Part shown: piece after piece, positions 10,925 to 21,500 of the stretch | How positions within the stretch are numbered: position 1 is the first letter of the stretch | How the letters are laid out: each line of letters opens with the position of its first letter | Assembly (NCBI RefSeq): GCF_000143415.4 | Contig: NW_003314282.1 | Span: 1,631,374-1,695,373 of the forward strand | Direction: 5' to 3' | DNA from: Selaginella moellendorffii | Taxonomy: Eukaryota > Plantae > Lycopodiophyta | Length of the DNA: 64,000 bases | Made by a program: the position numbers and the translations under genes | Notes under the pieces: generated by a model | Told to the model about the DNA's origin: nothing | Databases searched by the model: none | Seen by the model: the letters and a program-made list of their open reading frames with translations, nothing else

Positions 10925-13690
10925 CTAGCTTCTACTGTTCATCATAGTTGGAGCAGAGGGAAAAATGTCACTGTATTTCGTGATGAACCAGCTGATTCTG
11001 GACCTAGGTCTCTGATCAAAGAGCCAAATACCAACTGCAAATTTGCATGTGAAGAGGTGTTCAAGCATCTCCACGGGGTTTTCATTGCATAGAATACACA
11101 GAGTTTTGTGAACTGTGAGCCAATCACCAACAGGGATGCTGTCCTGCACAAGAAGCCAGCTTACCTTAGCTTCCACCAGTGTCTTCCACATGTTCACAAT
11201 GTACTTCCAATTCTTCAACTTTCACATAAGGTTGGTGTCAATTTTATCCATCAAAAGCTCTCTGCCATGCTTAGACCTGTACATAAAAAAGACACACTGA
11301 ACTCATCACCTTCCCAGGATAACTGAGCCGGATCCTATATAAGATCAGATATAGGTACTCCCCAAACTAGTGTATTGCAGAGCATTCTCCCAGTTGAACC
11401 TTAGGATCCAGTTCAGTGTATTTCCCTCTCTGATGTATCGTCCTGATCCTTTTACCGAAGGCCATCCTGGGAACTGGGACCTCCTCGGGAACTATACATG
11501 GAAACAGTGCACCACTGTTATGGGGATAAAAAACAATACTTTGAGGTGATGGAGTTGTTTCCATAACAAAGATGATTTGAGTCTCAGCACCATCAAGCAT
11601 TATCCAATCACGAACCTCAATAACTTCAGTTTGTAAAGCAAGATGAAGGCAATCACAAGCGATGCTTGAAGAGAAGAAGAGCGAAAGCTACGATGGTGGA
11701 TGACTCTAAGGATAGTCGTATATAATATCAAAGATATATATACATGATGAAGAGACATGCCTCTAGCCTACACCTGGATCAGTGAAGTGGCACTCCTGCC
11801 ACCTACGATCATGTCATAGAGAGTGTATACCTCAACACTCCCTCTCGATCTCAATGACATGAATCTGAGATCACTCTCCCTCTGCATCCAAGCACTCTAT
11901 CGTATCCATGACAGAAATCTGTCTCTGCTTGGTGCCTCCTCTCAGTGCCTTTGCCAGCGCCTTCTCACAGCAGCGCCTCACTCAACGCTCCAGTGGAGTC
12001 TCTGCTCAGCCAGCCCTCGGTGCCTCGTGCCTCTACGCCCAACACTCACCTCTGGTGAGTCTCTGTGGGGTCTCGCATGCCCTAGCGCCTCATTCATGGC
12101 CTCTGATCACAGTCTCTCCTCTCTTAGTGCCTCTGCCAGCACCTCTCTGCTCGTGCCTTGCACCACTCTCTCAGGGTCGCTCTCTCACACCAGCACGTCA
12201 CTCAGCGCTCTGGTGCCTCAAGCCAGCCCTCATCGTCTCATCCTCGATCAAGCCTCCTCGGCCAGAGTCCTAATGGCTCTCTCCCTCTGCTATGGAGCCC
12301 TCTCACAGCCCAGCACTTAGCATCGCCTCTGCCTGCTTGCCTCTAGACAGCACCTCTGTCCAGTCCACTAGCGCCCCAGCACTCCAATCCCTCGCACCTC
12401 TGCCTGCAGCCCTTGGTGTCTTGTGCCTCTACCCTACAGGGTGCCCAGCACTCACCTCTGCTCGGTGCCTCGTGCCAGCCCTCTCTCAGCACCTCTGCCA
12501 GCGCCTCCGGGTCAGTCTCTGCTCGATCACGCCCTAGCACCTTGCTCAGCTGTTATCTTGGCGCTCAGTACAGTGCAGTGCCAAATCTTGGCACCTCTCA
12601 GCCACATCTGGTGGCTCATTGTCATCCTCACTGGCCTCCTCCTCGGCCAGCACCATCTTCCCAGGATCTGAAGCCCTTAGGGCTCCGATACCACAAAGAG
12701 AAGAAGAGCGGAAGCTAGATGGTGGATGACTTTAAGGATAGTCATATATAATACCAAAGATATATATACATGATGAAGAGACACGCCTCTAGCCTACACC
12801 TGGATCAGTGAAGTGGCACTCCTGCCACCTAGGATCATGTTATAGAGAGTGTATACCTCAACAATGCTGCCTTAAGCTTTGATGTGGAGTTTTCATCCTG
12901 GGTTGTAATGGGTTGTCATGAGGCCATGTTTGCTCCAAGCAGACGTTAAACAAATACCTGACTTTACTTTTTTCATTGTATCATACCTTGTCCACTGCTG
13001 AGGAAGAAAAACAAGATCCCAACAAGAACTTTGCTGTAAGTGATGGCTTGCTAGCTCTTGTAGATCCAATAAGTCTTTGATCAAAGCCTATGCCACCTAG
13101 GCCAAAGACCTATAGCTGAACAGTCACCTATATACTGTTGATTACTGTTCTTATGCACTAAGTTGAAGAACAAGCGATCAGCTAATGCCTTTGTCAGATG
13201 GTCTGGTTCTTTTTGACTTAACCTGGGTAGGAGTGACTTCCATATCTTCAACATCTCTTTTGCTATTCCATCCTGGACCTTCTTTGTGTTGAGAGGAGTA
13301 GTGCCAATCGATTCCTTGTTTCTAGTTACCACCCTGTCTAGGCAAGATCTTCTGCAGCTAAGCTCTGAAGAGGAGGTGCCAACTTTGGTTTTGTGGATAT
13401 AAACCTGACACAAGCACTTTGAAGAGAAGAGCTTTGGATTGAATTCCTGGGTGTGGCACATTCCGAATAACTGAATTCCACTCTACTTTTGCCCGGACTT
13501 TGCACTTGCTGGAGTTTCTAAAGTTTCTACATATGTCGTTGGTGATCAAGTGTTGGTGAGTTATCGGGTGTTGCAGATCCAAGGTTTTTGCTGCGTAGGT
13601 CCTTATCACATCGTCCAACAAGTTGGTCCACAAATCTATGTGGTGACACTTAATGCACAACATCAAGAGAAGATCCATGTGAAGCGGTTA
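10925..13690 (-). mobile_element. Probable LINE (L1-like) ORF2 3' remnant, interrupted by the mini LTR element
   Basis: zf-RVT-like C-terminus WLLVQDSIPVGDWL...CILCNENPVEMLEHLFTCKFAVGIW (10925-11218), with broken minus-strand ORFs upstream. No RT core was recognised. Confidence 0.55.
11667..12863 (-). mobile_element. Non-autonomous miniature LTR retroelement (TRIM-like, copia-type ends), about 170-bp LTRs
   Basis: LTRs at 11667-11837 and 12694-12863 (minus-strand TGTTGAG...). PBS TGGTATCGGAGCC at 12681-12693, PPT AGATCGAGAGGGAG, and 5-bp TSD ATGCT (11662-11666 and 12864-12868). Confidence 0.9.
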
Positions 13691-13714
13691 GCTCGATATT
13701 GTGTGTGAACGGAT

Positions 13715-14194
13715 TGATGTAAGGATTCTACCATATATTCTATGGTAGATATAACAAGATTGGAATACACTAAATTTTTAATAATAATAAATTAACAATT
13801 TTTAATGTGTATTTATGGAGCCCACAAGAGTAGGAGTGAGGTATTATCATATTATGAATCCCACAAGATCAAGAGTGAGACGTGTTAATCACATGCTCCA
13901 TATGATCCTGACGTTTAGGGGGCCCAGGTAAGTTAGAGGAAGGAAAAAAAAGAATTAATTAGAGTGAAAATGCGAGTTATTGTGAAATTAGAGTATAAAT
14001 GTGAGTTAAGAGTAGCTAAGAGTAAAAACGTGATGTAGCAGCTTAAAAGAGGGAAGTAGGAATGCTGGGATGGAGTTCCACCAAGTAGAAAAGACAAGTC
14101 ATACCTCAAGCCTCGGATTGCTCCCAACCCCCTGCCTCCACCCGGTTGCCTACTTTAACCAAGCCCCGAACCACCCAGCACAGGGATGACATCA
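13715..14194 (-). mobile_element. Possible LTR with TGATG...CATCA termini
   Basis: Inverted termini TGATGT/ACATCA and a purine-rich tract 5' of it on the minus strand. No TSD or partner LTR was found. Confidence 0.35.
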
Positions 14195-16152
14195 GCCCTA
14201 ACCTCTTGCTCCACTGCTCTTATTTCTGCTTCTCCCCTCCTTAAAAAAAAAGGTCTGTTGTTCTCTTGGAGTTCAAGAGGCATCCTCTTCACCGTCTCCT
14301 CTGTTTTTGCTAGCTAGTTAGCTCTTACAAGAAGGAGCACAAGCCAAGTTCAGCTCCATGCTCAGCTCTATCATCTCCTCTTTAAGACACCTCACCTCTT
14401 TGAAGCCATTCAGGAGAGCTAGCACGCTTCACGTCTAGACTTCCCCCCCCCCCCCTTTTTTTTTGCGATTGTCTCTTCAAACTCATCATACTTATTTAAC
14501 TCACCAAACCTTACCAAGCCGAGTGCAGGCTTTGAAACCCCATGAGTCACCTTGGCCTTTTTCCATCTTCCAGTTGAGCTCTCCAACAATCTTGACGTGC
14601 GGATGTGTGCAAACTGCTCCTTGAGCCAGGACCATTTCTCCAGGAGATAACTTATGCTACAACACTCTCCGCTCGACGATCTCAATGTGGAAAGATCCAC
14701 AAAGCTGTCCCACTCATCATAGTTGTAGAAGAAATCATCCTCATACTGCATCTGCAACCTTGCTCGAGCCCAAGCCTCTGCCATCGCAAGCTTCTCCCTC
14801 ATCTTGATCAGCTCACACTTGAGGCGGCAAAACAAGTCCAGGTCCTGAGGAACAACAATGGAATACACCTTTCCCGGGTACCTGTCTCGAAACCTGTGAA
14901 AGTACAGTGGACGATGTGGTGTTTTAGATCGCAGCGGAATGATAACTTGATGAAAGCAACAAAACCATCAAGTGCATTAGTATCTTGCATGTTTAAATTA
15001 AACCATTGTGTAAGCATTATTCCATTTTGCTTGCTCTTTGGGGATCAATTATCATCTCCTCCTTTGAAGCAATGAGCAGTAGGCCTTGATCGCATCCAGA
15101 AGTACTAGAGATAGTCTGCAAAAGCAAGTTTGACACCAGTTATTTTGGCAACACAGAAGAAAAAGAAGAAAAATAAACTCAAGTTTCAAAATTTATAGAG
15201 ATCCATACAATCCAAATCAAGATCAATCCTCCGTGAACTTAATGCCGCTTTCAGGACCTCCAAGCTCTGCCAAAAAACGTAGCCATGGTATGCCACAATC
15301 GTTCGCTTGAAAATCTGAAGATGTCAATTGAAGCATGCAAGCAAAAACATGAAGTAAAGATGGACAACAAAGGAGATGAACTGAGCGAGGCCAAGAACCC
15401 ATATAAGGACTAAATGTAAGCACGTGAGGCCTCGCTCGGTTTTTTCCTCCGTGCGTGGCTTCATGTGCGAAGAGTTTGGTGTGGTAATGTATGTTGCGGA
15501 GCAGCCAGAAGCCCAGGGTGAATATAATTACGTGAGTCCTTGTGAGGTTTTACCACCGCCCGAGGACTCCTGTGCATGGGCCCCGGGCGAGAGTCATTTG
15601 CGAAAGTGTTCTGCATGAAACTGGAGCCCTGAGGTTTCTGGCCAAAGAGCATTTTTTATTTAATTTGTGTAGAGTGTGGTTTATTTTTGCATATTGAGTG
15701 TATCGATATCTTTTAGCTAGCAGATTATATTGAAGAACTGAAGACTACCTACAGTTAAGTGCATGCAGCAACAGATCATATAAAAAATGAATGCAGAGAA
15801 TAACAAATCGGGATTTCTAGGAAGTTTGTGCGTGTTGTTAGTAATAATAATAATAATCATAAAAACCTGATGTTCAGCCAGTTAGAAGATTGTCTGAAAA
15901 TTATGCATGTACTGATTCTTCAGCTCTTGAGCAACTGATTGCTGCTGGCTCACTTTCTATATATATCAAAGAGATTTTTTTTTAACAATAAACATCTAAG
16001 CTGCTGCAGTTAAGCTGTGACATTGTAAAGTTTAAAAAGGAAAAGAATTAGAAAAAGAAAAAACAGAAAACACTACTACAGTTAAGTAATAACAAATCGG
16101 GATTTCTAGGGTATGCGTGCGGCGCTAGGGTTTGTGTGGTGTGTGTCATTTC

Positions 16153-19100
16153 ATGGAGTGGAAAACGTTTTTCAGGGATCCCACTTTCTGGTGGGACGAC
16201 AGGTTCAAGAAGAAAAACAAGTTCTTCTCAGAGTCCTACCCGGATTTCAAACATGTGTCTACCGGAGAGAGCCTGTGGATCCCCAACAGGAAAACACCAA
16301 CCTGGGTCTCTGCAAAACTCGAGTCGCTCGCTGACCCAGCTGTAGGTAAGGCCACCACGGCCCGCTACAAATCTCCACATACCCCACCTGTAGCTGGTGA
16401 TGAACCGGTGAGTTTAGGGAGGCTGATACACCGCGTGAGAGACTCAGCTGAGAGCAGATCCCTTTCTTTGGGAAAACAAGCCCATGAAGCTGTGCTCAAG
16501 AGTGATGAGCACAAAAGCAACATCTACCTGTTGACGGGATTGATCGATATGTACTGCAAGTGTGGCGAGCTTGAGGAGGCTCGCAAGATTTTCGACTCCA
16601 TGGGAACCCGGAGTGTTGTGTCCTACAACGCGATCATCCAGGGCTGCGGCTCGAACGGGCAAGCTGAACTTGCTCTGGAGTACTACTCTGCCCTGAGAGC
16701 TTGTACCACCATTCAACCCAACGATCGGACACATGTCGCGGTGATCAGCGCCTGCTCCAGACTTGCTACCGAATCCAGCGAGAAGAGGGAGAGAGCTCTA
16801 CGGATCGGGATGGAGATCCATTCAATGCTGAGCAAGGAGATGAAACAGGTAGATCTGTTCGTGGCGACTTGCCTGGTAGACATGTACTGCAAGTGTGGCG
16901 AGCTTGAGGAGGCTCGCAAGATTTTCCACTCCATGGGAACTCGGAGTGTTGTGTCCTACACTGCGATCATCCAGGGCTGCAACACGAACGGGCGAGCTGA
17001 ACTTGCTCTGGAGTACTACTCTGCCCTGAGAGCTTGTACCACCATTCAACCCAACAATCGGACTCATGTCGCGGTGATCAGCGCCTGCTCCAGACTTGCT
17101 ACCGAATCCAGCGAGAAGAGGGAGAGAGCTCTACGCATCGGGATGGAGATCCATTCAATGCTGAGCAAGGAGAAGAAACAGGTAGATCTGTTCGCGGCGA
17201 CTTGCCTGGTAGACATGTACTGCAAGTGTGGCAAGCTTGAGGAGGCTCGCAAGATTTTCCACTCCATGGGAACTCGGAGTGTTGTGTCCTACACCGCGAT
17301 CATCCAGGGCTGCAACACGAACGGGCAAGCTGAACTTGCTCTGGAGTACTACTCTGCCCTGAGAGCTTGTACCACCATTCAACCCAACAATCGGACACAT
17401 GTCGCGGTGATCAGCGCCTGCTCCACAGTTGCTACCGAATCCAGCGAGAAGAGGGAGAGAGCTCTACGCATCGGGATGGAGATCCATTCAATGCTGAGCA
17501 AGGAGAAGAAACAGCTAGATCTGTTCGTTGCGAATTGCCTGGTAGAAATGTACTGCAAGTGTGGCGAGCTTGAGGAGGCTTGCAAGATTTTCCACTCCAT
17601 GGGAACTCGGAGTGTTGTGTCCTACACCGCGATCATCCAAGGCTGCAACACGAACGGGCGAGCTGAACTTGCTCTGGAGTACTACTCTGCCCTGAGAGCT
17701 TGTACCACCATCCAACCCAACAATCGGACTCATGTCGCGGTGATCAGCGCCTGCTCCACAGTTGCTACCGAATCCAGCGAGAAGAGGGAGAGAGCTCTAC
17801 GCATCGGGATGGAGATCCATTCAATGCTGAGCAAGGAGAAGAAACAGGTAGATCTGTTCGTGGCGAATTGCCTGGTAGACATGTACTGCAAGTGTGGCGA
17901 GCTTGAGGAGGCTCGCAAGATTTTCCACTCCATGGGAACTCGGAGTGTTGTGTCCTACACCGCGATCATCCAGGGCTGCAACACGAACGGGCGAGCTGAA
18001 CTTGCTCTGGAGTACTACTCTGCCCTGAGAGCTGATAACACCATTCAAGCTGATGCTTGCACCTACACCTGCGTCCTTGTTGCTTGCGGGAGTGTGATGG
18101 CGATCAAGCTCGGGAGGGAGATTCACCAGCTGGCGAAGCATAAAGGGCTGCTGAAAAACGATCCAGTTCTGGGCTCCAGCCTGGTGAGCTTCTACGGCAA
18201 ATGCGGCGATGTTGATTCTGCTCAGGAAGCGTTTGACGAGTGCCGAGCTCGGGACAACACGGGTCTCTGGAACTCTCTCATACAGGCTTACACTCTCCAG
18301 GGCCGATCGATCGAGGCCTTGGAGCGTTTCTATTCCATGACTCAGGAGGAGGGCTGTAAAGCTGACGATGTGAGTTTTGTCTCGGTGTTGAACGCTTGCA
18401 GCCATGGTGGTCTGGTCGGGAAAGGAAGGCAGCTTCTGGATGAAATGCCCAAGCAGTATGGAGTCAAGCCACGTCTGGAGCATTATGTGTGCCTGATCGA
18501 TATGCTCGGGCGAGCTAACCTCCTCGACGAAGCTGTGAGAGTTCTCAGAGCCATGCCTTTTGAACCGGATGCAGTGGTTTGGACGTCCCTGCTCGGAGCC
18601 TGCCGGAAGTGGAAGAATTACACGATCGGCAAACTCGCGTTTGAGCATCTTGTGGAGATGGATCCCAAGAGCGGCACGCCCTATGCATTGATGGCCAATA
18701 TATTTGGAAACCTGGGGATGCTCAGTGAAATGGCCGCTGTTGTGGAGAGAATGAGAGGTGAAGGCAGCTTCAGGGAGCCCGGGAGAAGCTGGTGGACGGA
18801 TATTAGCTCAGGAAAAGTGCATTCTTTTTCTGTCGGGGATAGGAGTCACTCACAGAGCGACGAGATTGCGGCCAAGCTCAAGCAATTGTTGTTGAGAATG
18901 AAAGAGGAGGGGTACGCAAGCGATGTGATCAACGTTCTAAAAGACATACCCAAGAAAGAGAAAGAGGATCACCTGTGCGGCCACAGTGAGAAGCTTGCGC
19001 TGGGGTGTGCTCTGGTGAACTCGCACCAGAAGGAGACCATCAGAATTGTGAAAAATCTCCGAGTTTGTGACGATTGCCATGCGGCCACTGCTCTCATCTC

Positions 19101-19191
19101 TAAGCTGGAAAAAAGGGTAATCATCTGCAAAGATGCCAGTCGGGTTCATGTGTTCCAGGATGGCAGATGTTCCTGTGACAACTACTTTTGA
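16153..19191 (+). CDS. PLS-E-DYW (WW-type) pentatricopeptide repeat RNA-editing factor with N-terminal OSB-type PDF motif
   Basis: Intronless ORF of about 1012 aa from the first in-frame ATG. Contains P-L-S triplets, P2-L2-S2, E1/E2, the box PGRSWWTD, HSEKLA and CDDC zinc ligands, and C-terminal CSCDNYF. N-terminus is WKTFFRDPTFWWDDR...YPDFKH..TGESLWI...PTWV. Confidence 0.95.
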   Translation: MEWKTFFRDPTFWWDDRFKKKNKFFSESYPDFKHVSTGESLWIPNRKTPTWVSAKLESLADPAVGKATTARYKSPHTPPVAGDEPVSLGRLIHRVRDSAESRSLSLGKQAHEAVLKSDEHKSNIYLLTGLIDMYCKCGELEEARKIFDSMGTRSVVSYNAIIQGCGSNGQAELALEYYSALRACTTIQPNDRTHVAVISACSRLATESSEKRERALRIGMEIHSMLSKEMKQVDLFVATCLVDMYCKCGELEEARKIFHSMGTRSVVSYTAIIQGCNTNGRAELALEYYSALRACTTIQPNNRTHVAVISACSRLATESSEKRERALRIGMEIHSMLSKEKKQVDLFAATCLVDMYCKCGKLEEARKIFHSMGTRSVVSYTAIIQGCNTNGQAELALEYYSALRACTTIQPNNRTHVAVISACSTVATESSEKRERALRIGMEIHSMLSKEKKQLDLFVANCLVEMYCKCGELEEACKIFHSMGTRSVVSYTAIIQGCNTNGRAELALEYYSALRACTTIQPNNRTHVAVISACSTVATESSEKRERALRIGMEIHSMLSKEKKQVDLFVANCLVDMYCKCGELEEARKIFHSMGTRSVVSYTAIIQGCNTNGRAELALEYYSALRADNTIQADACTYTCVLVACGSVMAIKLGREIHQLAKHKGLLKNDPVLGSSLVSFYGKCGDVDSAQEAFDECRARDNTGLWNSLIQAYTLQGRSIEALERFYSMTQEEGCKADDVSFVSVLNACSHGGLVGKGRQLLDEMPKQYGVKPRLEHYVCLIDMLGRANLLDEAVRVLRAMPFEPDAVVWTSLLGACRKWKNYTIGKLAFEHLVEMDPKSGTPYALMANIFGNLGMLSEMAAVVERMRGEGSFREPGRSWWTDISSGKVHSFSVGDRSHSQSDEIAAKLKQLLLRMKEEGYASDVINVLKDIPKKEKEDHLCGHSEKLALGCALVNSHQKETIRIVKNLRVCDDCHAATALISKLEKRVIICKDASRVHVFQDGRCSCDNYF
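16549..18033 (+). repeat. About 4.5 near-identical 333-bp tandem repeats (S-P-L triplet, 111 aa)
   Basis: ATGTACTGCAAGTGTGGC recurs at 16549, 16882, 17215, 17548 and 17881, exactly 333 bp apart. Confidence 0.97.
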
Positions 19192-19779
19192 AAACATGTC
19201 AGTGCTCTTTCTTGCAGTTATCCCTGGTTTTAAACCCTCCATGAGTCAAGCAGAAACATGGGCCGCTGAGTGAGCATGCCTCGTCAAAGTACCGCTGTCA
19301 ACCTGAACTTCACGGAGAAAAAATTAACATTTAAAAGTTAAAACTATGCAAAAGGAGGATGACACGTTGTCTTAAATTTAAATTTCTTTTTGGTAGCAGA
19401 ATCGGGAAATGCTGACTAAACCTGCCAACAGGTGCCCCAAAACGGAGCGCCCAGATTCAGATAATAAGCCTTAGTATGAAGGCTTGCCAGGCGAAGAGAA
19501 CCTGGAGAAAGAACTGGAACCAAACTCATTGATGATTATGCACAAGAGAAAAAGAGAGAAGCAAAAAGGTGAGAGAGAAGAAGAAAGCAACTTAATTCTT
19601 CTATTGCTGAGACCATGCTCCTGATTGATCTCGTTCAGGAAAACCATCTCGCGGGAGGGGGGGGAGAGCAGCCAGCATGTTCTCATGATGAAGACACAGC
19701 GCTGGAATCTCATCTTTCACCCTTTTGCTTTAGGGTTTAAATGCACATTGCGGATGACAAGAGCCCAGTGCTGCCTGAG

Positions 19780-21100
19780 AAGAAGACCGTGAACTTGAGG
19801 TTCGTCGGGCTGTGATTGGGAGGAGGTTTTGCATCGGCCTGTGGTGGGTGAAGCCTCGAAATGTCACCACCTGGAGTAAGTTTTCTTTGGAGTATTACGA
19901 TGTGGGGAGGTGGAAGAGGAAACTTCAGATGGAGAGGAGGACCTTCTTCACCATTTGTGGCATGCTGGAGAGCGAGATCCAGAATCAAGATACCGGTTGG
20001 AGGAGTGCAGTGCTGGTGGATGTTCGACTGGGGGTGACTTTGTACAAGCTTTTCAAGAACACAGATTACTTGGATCTGGTGGACAAGTTCGGCATCGGGG
20101 AGTCCACAGCTCATGAGATTGTCATGGACACTACTGCGGCGATTGTCAAGTGTCTCAGGTACAAGATTCATTTTCCTTCAACCGCCAAGGAGGTTCTAGC
20201 TGTTACTGCTGACTTTCGACAAGTGACAGGTACATTTTCTTATGTTTTTTGGATTGTTATAAGTTTTGATGACCAATAGGAACCCGACTGCCTAATGTTG
20301 CTGGGGCGATCGACTACTAGACTGGACGGCGAGAGCTACTACGACCAGAAGCAGCAGTACTCAGTCATCTTGCAAGGGGTTTGTGATGCCCAGAAGAGAT
20401 TCCTCAGTGTCTACGCTGGGTGGCCAGGTGTGTTTCTTTGTGTGTTGTGGATGGTTCTAAAATGTTCTTTTTGCTTTCAGGACGCGTCCCTGACACGAGG
20501 GTTTTTCGTAATTCAACCCTCAGGAACAAGATTGTAGCAAGGGAGCTGCTGACATCGCCCGCGGTGTTAGCATATGATGATAGGATCAAGCCATACCTGG
20601 ACAAAGGGTACCAACTCCAGCAGCATCTGATGATTCCACACACAAGTAAGTCTTCTTCATTCTACTTTCTTTTGTTCACTTGTTTTGGTTGTTGCTCACC
20701 TCCGAAGCCGACACCATCCAAGGCAGCTTTCAACCTTCATCACCACCTTGCTCAGATTGTTATTGAGCAAGCATTTGGACTTCTTAAAATGAATTTCAGA
20801 TGCTTGGATAAAAAACAAAGGATCCAGCCAAAGTACCTTCCCAACATCATCAAGAGTTGTTGCATCTTGCACAATTTCTTGATTGATGTTGGGGAGACTG
20901 ATCTTTTGGTGGAGATCCAAGCTTGGAGGAAAGAGGTGAAAAGGCTCAAGGACCAGGACCTCTTTGTCGATTACGGTGATCCCGAGCAAGTTGAAGGGGA
21001 GCCTCGTGAGGAGTTGCACAGTCCAGAGGATGCGAAAGAGGTTAGAGAGAACCTCACGTTTTCCCTCTGTCTTTGCCAGTGGCATTCGTGTTTGCTTTGA
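19780..21100 (+). mobile_element. PIF/Harbinger DDE transposase (HARBI1-like), intron-containing, probably defective
   Basis: MERRTFFTIC; LGVTLYKL...DKFGIGESTAHEI; GAID; YYDQKQQYSVILQGVCD...YAGWPG/RVPD; DKGY; FNLHH...IEQAFGLLK..FRCL; CCILHNF. Short GT-AG introns at about 20230-20279 and 20428-20480. There is a deletion after GAID. No TIRs were identified. Confidence 0.85.
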
Positions 21101-21249
21101 AATTTGCCGGGATATAATTCGAATTTGAATTTGAAATTTGAAATTTTGAATTAAGTGAATTTTAAGTGTTCGAATGCATTGTTTTTAAGTGCGAATCCGA
21201 GGGTGTTTTTAACTGAAAAATCCAAGAGTAGGATTGGCAAAAGTACAAT

Positions 21250-21500
21250 GTGGAAGAGAGTTGTTGCAGGAGGAGCACTAGAGGACATGGAGGAGAGTTG
21301 CTACAGGTTTTTTTTATTTTCATCAAATCATTCTTTCTCACCCTCTAGCTCCTCCAAAACCCCTTGTCTCCTCCAGCTCCTCCAGCACTCCTCCTATAGC
21401 AGCTCTCCAGCTCCTCCAACACTTCTCCTGCAACAGCTCTCCTCCAACTCCTCTAGCACTCCTCCTACAACAGCTCTCCTCTAGCTCCTCTAGTAGATGG
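21250..21500. repeat. Low-complexity GGAG/CTCC imperfect inverted repeat
   Basis: gagagttgttgcaggaggag...ggaggagagttg (21255-21305) is complementary to ctcctgcaacagctctcctcc and ctcctcctacaacagctctcc (21425-21485). Confidence 0.55.

Noticed and set aside
11823-12718. Several overlapping Ser/Leu/Pro-rich ORFs
   Set aside because: Low-complexity interior of the mini LTR element, with no motifs.
14419-15075. 149-156 aa ORFs on both strands
   Set aside because: No recognisable domain; one ends in an A/G homopolymer resembling a PPT, so probably element-derived.
17821-18648. 275-aa antisense ORF and repeated short ORFs over the PPR gene
   Set aside because: Shadow frames of a GC-rich coding repeat.
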